46,261 nt of DNA from Octopus bimaculoides (lineage: Eukaryota). Below, piece after piece: positions 25,380 to 36,720 of this stretch (positions are counted from its first letter, which is position 1; each line of letters opens with the position of its first letter). Position numbers and translations under genes: made by a program. The notes beneath the pieces were generated by a model. It saw only the letters and a program-made list of their open reading frames with translations, was not told where the DNA came from and did no database searches. The stretch lies in NCBI RefSeq assembly GCF_001194135.2, contig NC_068995.1:25790516-25836776 (forward strand), written 5' to 3'.

Positions 25380-26600
25380 TCACATTGCCTTCAATTGTAG
25401 TTAATGGTGTATCCTTTATTAGCTCCTGGTAAAGTGAGTATAATATATCTCTCAACCAAGGGCCAACGTCTTTCGGATATGATTTTTTTTAATTGACTAT
25501 GATTATCTTTCTCAATGATAAAGAATTTTATGCGGATGGGAGTATCAGAATTAAACGGATGATTATATGCTTTAACATTTTTAGTTTTGTTATTTCTGTT
25601 TTTTAAAAGGTCTATTTTAGTGTTTATTGCCGTTATAGCTATGGGGAGAATTTGTGTGTCAACTTTGGGGAGTGAAGAGGGTTAGTTTGTGTGTCAGCGT
25701 TGGAGAGTGGGGAGGGGAGAGTTTGTGTCTTGTGTATGTGTTTCTGTGAGGGCAGTGTCTGGGCTTTTTTCTTTTTTCTAAGCGAAACAGTAGTCCGCTT
25801 ATTTTTGTCTTCGTCTTTTTCTTCATCTGTGTTCTTTCTTTTGGTCAACGAGGTCTCTCCCTCCTTCTTCGGCACCACTTTAGCCAGCAGTGGAGGTGCG
25901 ACTTGTTTTTCTCTTGGTGGGGGAACAGATGTTTCCACGGTTGATGGAGGGCATTTCACTCTTATGTGGCCCTTCAGGCCACACTTGTAGCACCGAGGCT
26001 TCCTGCCCTCCACCGCAACTCTCAACTTGGTGTTTTCCTTCACGTAATTATGTCTGTAATATCTTCAAGTTCCTCTGAGGCAGCCTGGATTAATATTTTC
26101 AGTGTCTGCCCCATCCAGTTGTGTTTTAGGAATTTTGTAGCTTTGAGGATTATGATTTTTCTCCTCCAAGCCCAGAAGGATGACATCTCTGATCCAGGCA
26201 ACATCTACGTCAGGTGGTATTTCTCCTACCCTAACCCTAGAAGTGCGTCTTCTAAGATATATGGGTAGGAGAACCACCTCAACTCTTTTTAGTGTATTTG
26301 TGGAATGCTGCTTGGCTATCTCTTCTTACCGAAACTGCACTTCTACTGTCCCGTTCCTTTTCGCCCTGGCAAGATAAAACACATCCTGCCAGAGTGGGCG
26401 AAGGCATTGTTTCATAGCGTACTTCGAAACCAAGTCGATTATTTTATTCATGATGACAAAAGTCTTGTAAATAATTGTATTATTTCTCAGGGAGGGGTTA
26501 TTTTAGCTTCGTGTCCCTCCCTTTTGAGTAAACCTTTGTGTCTTCCTGCTACAAATTGAATTTTCTCCTTCGCCACACTGGTGGCCGCCGCGAAATTTAT
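25380..26600 (-). pseudogene. L1/Tx1 ORF1 (gag-like, CCHC) of element B
   Basis: LLPIYLRRRTSRVRVGEIPPDVDVAW; LRVAVEGRKPRCYKCGLKGHIRVKC (C-x2-C-x4-H-x4-C). Confidence 0.82.
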
Positions 26601-26884
26601 TGTCTTTTTCTCATTCCTTTCCAAGCTTTTTTTCATTATTCTCATAGTTACTCTCCGTAGTCTGGGTCGTGTCCTGGTTCTTCTCCCGGTCCGTAATCAA
26701 AGTTTCCAACATTTTACCATCGAAAGCATGTTTTGCAGGGGAGAAGCGCAAAACAGTCTGCAAAAAGTAGAAAATAAGGTTTCTAAACAACAACAAAAAT
26801 CCAGCTGTAACAAACCAGCAGTAACAGCAGCAAAAAATTCAACAAGCACAGCAATCAACAGCGAGAGGCGTCCAAATTTCGAAT

Positions 26885-28633
26885 TTATTCTTTACTAACC
26901 ACACAGGGTCGAAGTACAGAGGGGACAATACAAGGAGAGACAAAAAAACGAAGTGGGGAAAAAACGAATGAAAAACAATGAAATGTGAAAAATATGAAAG
27001 GTGAAATCACAGCCACTCGAGCCTCACATCCAAAGTGGCCTCACTGAACTCTTTTTAAAAAAAAAAAGTTTATAGCTTGAGTCACTTTATCTCTTTTTTA
27101 AAACACTTTTTTTTTAAAGAAAACAGTCAACCTCAAGTTTGTTCAATACAGTGTGGTCAATAACCAGAGTTAGCAAATCAATCACTACTTCTACACACAA
27201 CGATCCAACGTCCGACTCACACGTCTCTCTCAACACACAGTGCCTTTCCCCATTGACGAGTACACATCTTATATGTGAGGAAAAATCCCCGACATGCGCG
27301 TTCACCCTTATTACTGACTTCATTTTTAATCGTTTTTCTATCTCTTTTGCCTTTATATCGTGCATAAATACGAAAGCCATTTTGGGGGTACGGAGCTGAG
27401 AAGTTTGATTCTTCTGTATGTACGTTTGTATATTTGTAGGTGCAGGGTTGGGATTAGTGACTAGTGGGGCAGGACGTAGATTGCCGTAGGGTGAGGGAAG
27501 AGTGTGGGTAAGTTGGGGGCTAGTATCAGAGGAGTGAGTCTTCCTTTTTTCCTCTTTCTCTTGGAAACCGTCCACTATTCGTTCTCTTTTGATTCATCAC
27601 TTCATCTTCTTTTCCTCCGCATTTGTCGTTGCAGGCGGCAGATACGCGATTTCCTTCACCACTGGTGGGATCACTGGTGCTTTTGCGGGAGGTAGAGGGC
27701 ATTCTGCTCTTAGGTGACCCTTCTGGCCGCACTTGAAGCAACGAGGTCTCCTGCTCTCCACCACAACCCTCAACCGTTTTTCACCCACCAAAATGGTGTC
27801 TGCGGGGCAGCTTGGACATTCATTTCCAGTCTCTGCCCCAGCCAGTTTTGAGTTGGCATTCTTGTTGCTTGGAGGATTAATATTCTTTCTTCCAAGCCTA
27901 ATGTTATGGCTGCCACCAGCCAGGCAACGTCCAACTCAAGTGGGATTTCATCCACCCTTTCCTTGGAAGCACGCCTTCCAAGATAAGTTGATAGTAATAT
28001 TATCTCGTCTGTCTTCAGGGCGGCTATGGAGTGTTGCCTGACCCTTTCCTCTGTGTGAAAACGTACCTCAACTATCGCATACTTGTTGCGCCGGACCAGA
28101 TACTTGATTTCCGACCAGATAGGTCCCAAACACTTCATCCCTCTTTGCCAGTCGATTTTATTAAATATGACCTGTCGTCACCATTTTTGCCAGCATATCT
28201 TGTGACACTTCACTGGGAGTGGTCAGTTCAACTACATACCCCACCTTCTTCATCATGTTTTTATACCTTTTCACGTCTTGCATCTTCGACGTTATATCCT
28301 CCTTCACAGCACCTGTCGCGACCGCAAAACCTTTAACACTTTTTTCGTTTTTCTTCTCTCCATTTCTCTTGACATCTCCTCCATATTAATCAGAGGCTCC
28401 ACCATTCCACTTTCTGACGAATCAGAAAGACTCAACCTTTCACAATCGAAATTATTTTCGCTAACAAGCGTTTCTTCCCTCAATCAAAGGAAAACGATAG
28501 TAAGACCGCCGCAAAGCAGCAAAACAATGGTGCACCAACAACACACAACAAAAACAATGCTCAACAATTCAACAACTGTAATACAACAAGCAAACAAGCG
28601 ATAACGACCGCAAACAAGGATTACCAACTCTTA
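26885..28633 (-). mobile_element. ORF1-only L1/Tx1 derivative (element A, HAL1-like)
   Basis: ORF1 homologous to that of element B (LLSTYLGRRASKERVDEIPLELDVAW; LRVVVESRRPRCFKCGQKGHLRAEC), followed directly by a 3'UTR sharing GTTCAGTGA and TGGATGTG with B and ending in AATAAA. No EN/RT motifs found. Confidence 0.75.
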
Positions 28634-28670
28634 GCGGACGGATTTTGAATGCCAGGAACACGAAGTTGAT

Positions 28671-28677
28671 TTTTATA
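28671..28677 (-). promoter_or_regulatory. Putative TATA box of the Tc1 transposase
   Basis: TATAAAA on the minus strand inside the Tc1 5' segment, 27 nt upstream of a CATTC initiator-like site and about 50 nt from the ATG once the inserts are removed. Confidence 0.4.
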
Positions 28678-29117
28678 CCCATAACCTCCACGAGATTCAC
28701 GTTCATTTCGGTTTTCATGACAACTGTTTGCCACCCACGGCATTCAACACAGTTGTGTTTTGGCATCTCGTTTCAGGAAAAGTTGAAAGGTTACCTGCAA
28801 TTTGGGTCCCAGCCATAAACTAGCATGTCTTGGAATATTTACACTTACATCCCCGAAATAAATTTTCAGAATTTACAATATAAAAATGACATTTGAAAAA
28901 ATGCCGTTTCTTTTGCGGTTCAGTGTAGATACTTCATAAGATCAATATCATGTTCTTGCTCACAGGTAGCACAATGTTCAGTTCATATTTTAAACTGAAA
29001 AAAGAATTATTTGAAAATGTTTAAAATGTAAGTACTGAACCAGCTTTAAATATTGTATTTTGAAAAGGAAAAATCTTTATCTCCCAGCATATTGTTGATA
29101 TATACTACCCACTTGTG

Positions 29118-29375
29118 AGATCAGGACATCTCCAAAGTAGTGCTACGGGCTGTAGCACTACTTTGGAGATGTCCTGATCTTTCGAAGAAAGAATTTAATT
29201 TCATTAATGTTATAAAGGAATGCTGTGTGGGTAAATGATGTCACCCACCAACACCGAAGGACATCTCCAAAGTAGTGCTACAGCCCGGTTTCTTTCGAAG
29301 AAAGAATTTAATTTCATTAATGTTATAAAGGAATGCTGTGTGGGTGAATGATGTCACCCACCAACACCGAAGGAC
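29118..29375. repeat. Perfect 29-bp inverted repeat plus 84-bp direct duplication
   Basis: Arms 29118-29146 and 29152-29180 with loop GGGCT; 84-bp copies at 29179-29262 and 29292-29375 with one mismatch. Confidence 0.97.
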
Positions 29376-29763
29376 TGCCATACACACAAAATTATTCATG
29401 TGCACACGTGCGTGCGCGCGCGCAAGCGTGTGTTTATCTGTGTATCTATGTAATATAACACACACACCGGTTCAATCGCACTCCTTCATTATTTAATTCC
29501 ATAAATGTCATGAAGGATAGTTATTTAACCTATTGACTAATAATAAAGGAGTGGAACTGAACCGGTGCGTATGTTATTTATATTAGCGTAATGGCTCTCC
29601 CTGGACACTACAAAAGTTGTTTTAGTACATGAATTCCCATAAAAATTCTTACAAACAAAATGCCAAAACGAAGTACGTGTGTGCGTGTGCGCGCGCGCGT
29701 GTATGTGTACTATATATACACACAAGTATACGTACATATATTCAGTGACAAACACGCACACAC

Positions 29764-29804
<41 letters not shown>

Positions 29805-29887
29805 NNNNNNNNNNNNNNNNNNNNNNNNNNNNNNNNNNNNNNNNNNNNNNNNNNNNNNNNNNNNNNNNNNNNNNNNNNNNNNNNNNN

Positions 29888-29918
<31 letters not shown>

Positions 29919-31044
29919 ATACCTTGATTACATGAAGTTTACATTGTCGCTAGGAGTTCCCGTGTTAACTTGCAGGGGATTTGATCAGCATTTCGTTCCG
30001 GACGTGAACATGCTTTCGCTGTTGTTTTAGGAAAACTACTCTCTTTTGACGATATTGATAGAGTGAATTCCAAGACACTAATATTTTGGCATGACAGCGC
30101 TTCCTTAATCAAAATCACCGTCCGAATCTCTAAAGCTGTTGGACTTTTTATTCCTCAAATCTGGAGTACCCCAATCACAGCAACAAAGTAATGTTAGTTC
30201 AAACTAACTGCAATTCTGTAAATGTACGAATGCATCGCCATATGGAAATTTGTTCGGCCAATACTCACAAGAAATGCATAGCAATATCATACACCAAAAA
30301 GGACTCAATTTAATGGTTGAAGTACACTTAAAGCATTTAGAAAAGCCAACGATCAGTCACAGTACATAAAGACAAAATTATTTATTATAAGATACAAAAG
30401 AAGTACAAGCAAGTATGCAAACTCTACATCATCTGATGGTAAAACCTTCCAGAAAATCTGATATCCCGTCCATCCAACTGTAACGGAAGGATATCAGACA
30501 TTTCATTTTGATAATTCCAATACACTATTATGGCTAGTTAACTTACTTTATTTAAAATGTATTTAATAAACAATGAAGATTAAGTTTTTAGTACTACACT
30601 ATCATGCTTCTTCATATTTTTGTTACTTAATCTAAGTTTTGAGTTATCCATTTATATTCCTTTTGCCACCTTTCTTTACTTTCCTGTTACTACTTCTATA
30701 TAGCAAATCAATGCTGGCACGGTCAATTTTATTGATAATTTCGTAATTTTTCAGTACAGTAAACCAGACAATGTAATGCAGTGACACTAACTGCAGATCA
30801 ACACTATATTTATTTTAACCCGTCATTAAGCTAATTGCTTTAATTCTTCATTAAAATCTAATTAGTCGTCGACGTGCAAAACTGGACTACGTTTTTCAGT
30901 TTGGATCCTCACTGTTCTAATTTCAATTTATAAAGTCAAAACAGAGTTAAATTAATAGACTTTCTTTTTCGTCCCGATAAATTATTTTTCTGTCTATTAA
31001 AAATTCAATTCAACAATAATTTTTTTTCTGATTGTTACTTCTAG

Positions 31045-31353
31045 CATTTGCATTCCGATTGAGAGGTGGTGACTACAATTGGGGCCGCGTTGAAGTCCGT
31101 CATTTAGGTATTTGGGGCCAAGTATGTCGGGAGTATAACAACGAGAAGGAAGCACAAGTTGCATGCAGGTCAGCAGGTTTTCAGGGAGGAGTTCAATATG
31201 GATCTGTAAAAGAAGGTCACATTCCTTACTGGTTAACATCATTAACTTGTCGTGGCAACGAAACCAGTTTAGACGAATGTGTTATAGACAGATGGGGACA
31301 GCCGGCTGCACTTGCTAGCTGTACTCCTACCTACGTCTTGTGCTACCAGCATA
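31045..31353 (+). CDS. SRCR domain 3 (single 309-nt exon, phase 1-1)
   Basis: Acceptor ttacttctAG, donor GTAAGT. FAFRLRGGDYNWGRVEVRHLGIWGQVCREYNNEKEAQVACRSAGFQGGVQYGSVKEGHIPYWLTSLTCRGNETSLDECVIDRWGQPAALASCTPTYVLCYQH. Confidence 0.93.
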
Positions 31354-32035
31354 GTAAGTTAATGTTACGTTTTATTTTCGTTATCGTTTTATTTTCGTTA
31401 TCTTTTAAATTCTATATCCCGTGGGTATTGTTTTACTTTATGTTGTTTTCATATTGCATTCTCTGTCTGCAACAACAAACATTTTTTTTTCTCTTGAAAA
31501 CCATAAGGTGAAATGAAGCACCGAGGCGAACACTGTTGACATTGCACTATTTTGAGTGTTTTCAACATTGTTCTGCCTATCCTTCAATCGCAACTTATGC
31601 AAATGTTACTACAATTTCCCAAATCAAATTTTGTTTCAATTATTCGATACGTGATAGATTGTCCCACTTCATAACGCAGACCTAGCTAAAGGTATTTTGT
31701 AGAAGACCAGTGGTTTTCTGTGCATGCAATTCTACTATTGATATGGAGTAAATTCTACTATTGATATTGATAGTAATTGCAACTATAGCTTGGCATCAGT
31801 GTCGTTGCAGGCTAGCATCAGAACGCAAAAAGCTAGAGAAGATGGTGAAGGTCATCCTGTCGGGCATTGTAACAATTTTTCCAGTCATCCACCCTGCAGT
31901 AGAACTTTATCTCCACTAAAATTATAAATGTCAAACTTGACCTCGACGAACTCAGAGCGCAGTGCAGGAACAAATTCTATTCGATGCTTTAACATCATAC
32001 CCACAAACCCCCAATATTTCAATGTGTGTGTATGT

Positions 32036-32096
<61 letters not shown>

Positions 32097-32411
32097 NNNN
32101 NNNNNNNNNNNNNNNNNNNNNNNNNNNNNNNNNNNNNNNNNNNNNNNNNNNNNNNNNNNNNNNNNNNNNNNNNNNNNNNNNNNNNNNNNNNNNNNNNTGC
32201 AGAAATTGAAAAGCTATCCGAAAACACAAAATAAAGCAACAGACACAGGATATAACATTTAAACAATAACGAAAACAAAACGAAAAACGTCTTGAGAATT
32301 TTATTGATTAAATCGTTATTTTCTTTTGACTTTTGTTTTCTTGTTTTGCCTCCTTCCAAACCTCTGTTATTCCTATTCATCGCCTGTCGTATATGTCATC
32401 TCTACTTACAG

Positions 32412-32729
32412 ATTTAACACTACACTTAGTGGGAGGAGATAAAAATGACGGTGCTGTAGAAATAATTTACGATGGACAACGCGGATCTTTGTGCGTGGAA
32501 GACTGGGATTACGGTGACGTTGATATTATATGTAAACAACTTGGTTATATAGGTGGAAGTTTCCAGCGATCGTTAAAGAAACGTTACAAGTCTACCATAT
32601 TTATGTCAGATATGCGTTGTCTTGGTTTCGAGACATCAATATTTCAGTGTACCAATACTGGATGGAATATTACAAAAGAAGTTGGTTGTGGAAACAACCA
32701 CGATGCCACTGTACACTGTTACAATAAAG
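32412..32729 (+). CDS. SRCR domain 4 (single 318-nt exon, phase 1-1)
   Basis: Acceptor tctctacttacAG, donor GTACGT. LTLHLVGGDKNDGAVEIIYDGQRGSLCVEDWDYGDVDIICKQLGYIGGSFQRSLKKRYKSTIFMSDMRCLGFETSIFQCTNTGWNITKEVGCGNNHDATVHCYNK. Confidence 0.93.
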
Positions 32730-33804
32730 GTACGTGTTTTTGTTTTCTTTCTCTTTCAGTAAAATTCTTTTGACAAAATATTTTGAATGACAGTTGATGA
32801 TATTTTTTTCACATTCCACAATAATTACCCTTAGAAAAGTAGTAAGAAAACCTTTATACACGGTGAACAATTGAGATATTCTGTAATCCTAGCGGGGGTA
32901 AATTGGCTTTCATAAGGAAATTATATTTGTGAGAAATTATCGAAAGTCTTGAAATAATTTTTCAAGAATAGGAATACGTATCACAACATAATACTAACAA
33001 AAATAACACCATCTAACGATTGTAATCGGATTAAGAATGCTTAGATATAATGGAAATAGATTTCTGAAGTGTGAAATTTCCAGCACTCATATAGTTTACG
33101 TGCAGGATATACTCGTTTGATATACATCGAGTGAAAAATTTGAAAGAAATTTGTGCATTTAAAAAAACTTTCTACTGATACAGAACCTGAAATTTTGTAG
33201 GTTTCTCTCATTAGTGTTTGCAGTGGACCTAAAACGAGTTAAATACGTTTACAAACATGGTTTGACGAAAACTTCCCAGTTTACCGAAAAAATACACTAT
33301 AGTGGCCACTACATATAATCTATTACAAGCCAACGAGTAAGTACTTACGTGGTTGCTTGTTCTGCTGGAAGTAGCAAACACATCTCCTTTCAATCACACC
33401 ATATTGTCTTAAAAAAAGCAGAGCACATTCTATAACGTGGCCTGGGGTTCACTAGATAGAGAAAGATAGTATCGACGCAGCTGTGTAATCTTTAATCATA
33501 AATCTACTCAATCAGTGTTACTTGGGACTAAGCAACATCTACAGTCAAATTTATATGAAAAACGCACATTACTGTGTGTGTGTGTGTGTGTGTGTGCGTG
33601 TGTGTGTTTGTGTGTGTGTGTGATATTAAATATGAAAACATAAAATCTAGCTGCTGAAAACGTTAATCTAACGTCAGTTATTTTGCTGCGCTTTTATTAA
33701 TCTTTTTCATATATATTAACATATTTGTTGAATATCCTGGAATCTTTCAATTAATGCCAACAACTTATAGTTGTAACTACAATCTCTCTTTCAGTCTTTT
33801 TATG

Positions 33805-33854
<50 letters not shown>

Positions 33855-33943
33855 AATAATGTTAGTGTGATAAAGTTGTTACTAAATAGAATACATGCAC
33901 ACGTACTTGAATGAAGATAAATATAACATTGATTTATTTTCAG

Positions 33944-34282
33944 TGAGAATAATTAACAGTGGATATCGAATACATTATCATGGAGTGTTGGAAATTAATA
34001 CTGAAAACGCATGGGATATGGTATGCCCTGAGGGATTTGATGACATAGATACGCAAGTCGTTTGCCGTGAGCTCGGTTATAAAGGAGGAATTATGTTTCC
34101 CCGACGCACATATGGTTTTCTCGAAGACCACGGACCTTATTTAACCCGCCCACACCTTAGTTGTACTGGCAATGAAAGTTCTATTTTGGAGTGTCCCTAC
34201 AACACCAAAGCATTTTGTGCCGGTGAACCGTATAAAGACTATGTCAGTATTATGTGCCTTAATGACAACAGCACGCAGGAAG
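33944..34282 (+). CDS. SRCR domain 5 (single 339-nt exon, phase 1-1)
   Basis: Acceptor tttattttcAG, donor GTAAGA. VRIINSGYRIHYHGVLEINTENAWDMVCPEGFDDIDTQVVCRELGYKGGIMFPRRTYGFLEDHGPYLTRPHLSCTGNESSILECPYNTKAFCAGEPYKDYVSIMCLNDNSTQE. Confidence 0.92.
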
Positions 34283-35763
34283 GTAAGATTAAAACATTTG
34301 CTCCCTCTTTCAAGAAATTTTTGGTTTTCTAATTATCTTCTTCCAAAATTTTAGTGTTCTATTCAGGAAATTAAATACGAAATATAATTATATGGTAGCA
34401 AAAATAAAATAATTTGTACGAATATGTGTTATCGGGTCAGATCTATATTTTGACCCGAAAGATATTGTTTCTGAGAACCCCATCACCACAGATGCATTAT
34501 TCTGAACGCCCTTGCAGTGAATACAGCGATCTGTAACAGACCGAGATCTCTAAATATCAATTACTCTCTCCTCAAATAAACCAGTCATCCACAAATGGTC
34601 TAGTGCTGAGTATGCAGAACGGGCAGATTTTTATATATAAATATTCTCGAAACTGAAACGAAAGAAAGAGAATGGACTAGGCGAAGTAGGTGGATACACG
34701 TGGATGGAAAGGGTCGGTGAAGAGGCCACAGACCTGTTACGAAAGATTTCCAGATAGTGGACATAAGATAAAATAAGAACAATAATAAACGAGTGAAGAA
34801 CGAATATATAGTGCGTGTGTTTATTTAGCAAAAAAAAAATGACCATCCTGAAATATAAGAAACGAAACTAAATCTCTTGTAATATGTTCGCAAGGTAACA
34901 ATGATACAATGTTAGAATTTATAACCCTTGTGATAATCAAAGTACATTATTATTATTATTCACAATTCAATTTTCACTACAACCGAATAACTGTGGCTTC
35001 ACTAATTTTCTGCACTACATCTTTTGTTTTATTTCTATCCATAAACAACAAGTGCTACCACACATGTTACCCAGTTTTCGAAGGACTCGATGTGTGCCCA
35101 TCAATTTGCTGCACAAATAAATATCTAGGCCTCGCAGCTTTTTCAGTCTGTAGTTGATATCAACTACAGACTGAAAAAGCTGCGTTGATAAATTCAAATT
35201 ATTAATGTATAAAATAATATAAGTTAAGTTCGGGCTACATAATGCAGTGACCAAAGAACATATTATCTTTAAGATTTTACGTGTAATGAGATGAAAAGTC
35301 AGTAATTTTCTTTTCAAAGAGTGCGTGAAAGACTTCGAAATTACTAAAACTTAAATGGATATTCACAGTGATGAGTTACTCTAATTTTAACAGCTATGGT
35401 GATAACTCCGGACATTCTTCGGTCTTATTAAACATCCTCAGAAAACGCGTAACTAACAAATGCTTTTAAGAATACATTATTTTCTGAAAATAATTATTGA
35501 CTTGGCAGCATAAAATAATGACATTAGAAAATTACCCAGGAGTGACTTCTGCATAAAGAATATATACTCAAGTGCGTGCTAACATATTTAATGGAATGAG
35601 TCAAAAAAAATTCTCATCAACTGATTTAGAAATGTTTAATCATCAATACAACCTCTTTCTGTAATTTTCAATATTATTTTGTCTGCTTCCCTTTCTCACT
35701 TGTCCTCTATCTTTTCCTTTTTCTTCTACTCTTCATTCTTGTCACCTCTTTCTCTCTCTCTCT

Positions 35764-35821
<58 letters not shown>

Positions 35822-36074
35822 GTAATACATTCTTAAAAGATTACATTCATGTATTCACTCCGTTTAATTTTGGATGGAAAAATTAAGTTTTGTCTTTGGA
35901 CATCTTAAAATGTTCATATTTTGTAAATATTATTGCTACAAACACAAGGTGTCTTTTTTCTTATTGGAGGAGAGAAAAAGTATGCACGTTATGTTAGTGG
36001 TAGCACGAATATAAACAGAAAAGCCAAAATGAAATTAGTAAATAAACGCATTTTGAGGTCAGTAAATGGTAAAT

Positions 36075-36149
36075 TACACCATAGAATGTAAATATTTTAC
36101 ACTGAGAAAAATTATACACCATAGAATGTAAATATTTCACACTGAGAAA
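36075..36149. repeat. Tandem duplication, 35-bp copies with period 40
   Basis: tacaccatagaatgtaaatattt(t/c)acactgagaaa at 36075 and 36115. Confidence 0.9.
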
Positions 36150-36329
36150 GACTATACTTTTTTCCTTTACATAAAAGTAATTTTCATGTACTAGCAACGC
36201 AAAAAACCACTGATCTTGACATGGATGAACTGACAGAGAAATCTACTTCGCAAAGTTTTGTGACCAAGACTTCTGCATCTGTCTTGAAGTTTTAACTCAA
36301 GAATTAGAGAAGAGAAAAGTTGCCTATCT

Positions 36330-36720
36330 ATTTATTGCTAAAACTGAGGAAGTTTACTCCAGTCATTATAAAAGTTGCAGAATTGTGTGCCTGGTTTTTA
36401 AATCTGAAAACGGTATGAAGATGTAGGCTGAGCCGGTGCGTAGCACACATTCCCATACACTATTAGTGCAATAGATAAGCTGGTGTATTACGATGATCAC
36501 AGCTAATGATAATAAAACTAATGTTAACTCCGATTCGGAAAGTGGATAATCGCCGAGCTGGTCAAGAATAACATGCTGTCAGCTGGATTTGAATGGACAC
36601 AAACATACTGGAGCAATTTCGATGGCAAGGACTTGAAACTGATTGTGCAAGGTAGACGGCCTAACTGCTACATGTCAAACAGTAAGAGCCGTCTGAAGGT
36701 TTTCTGCCTGGGAGATTTTG
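36330..36720 (+). mobile_element. Ancient relic of the same L1/Tx1 ORF1 family
   Basis: RCRLSRCVAHIP and DLKLIVQGRRPNCYMSNSKSRLKVFC align to LRVVVESRRPRCFKCGQKGHLRAEC with a decayed CCHC. Confidence 0.5.

Larger units (their letters stand above)
22462..26867 (-). mobile_element. L1/Tx1-clade LINE (element B): 5'UTR, ORF1, ORF2, 3'UTR
   Basis: ORF1 with CCHC knuckle; ORF2 with APE endonuclease and RT; AATAAA at the 3' end (22461-22466). Confidence 0.88.
21242..28925 (-). mobile_element. Tc1-family DNA transposon with both TIRs and TA flanks, interrupted by a 6.2-kb nested insertion
   Basis: Left TIR CACTGAACTGCGAAAGAAACG (21242-21262). Right TIR reverse complement CACTGAACCGCAAAAGAAACG (28905-28925), 19/21 identical. 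TA at 21240-41 and 28926-27. About 1.5 kb remains after removing the inserts. Confidence 0.9.

Noticed and set aside
29118-29375. Repeat-spacer-repeat pattern resembling a CRISPR array
   Set aside because: The spacers are duplicates of each other, one repeat is inverted, there are no cas genes and the context is a eukaryotic intron; reported as a rearrangement instead.
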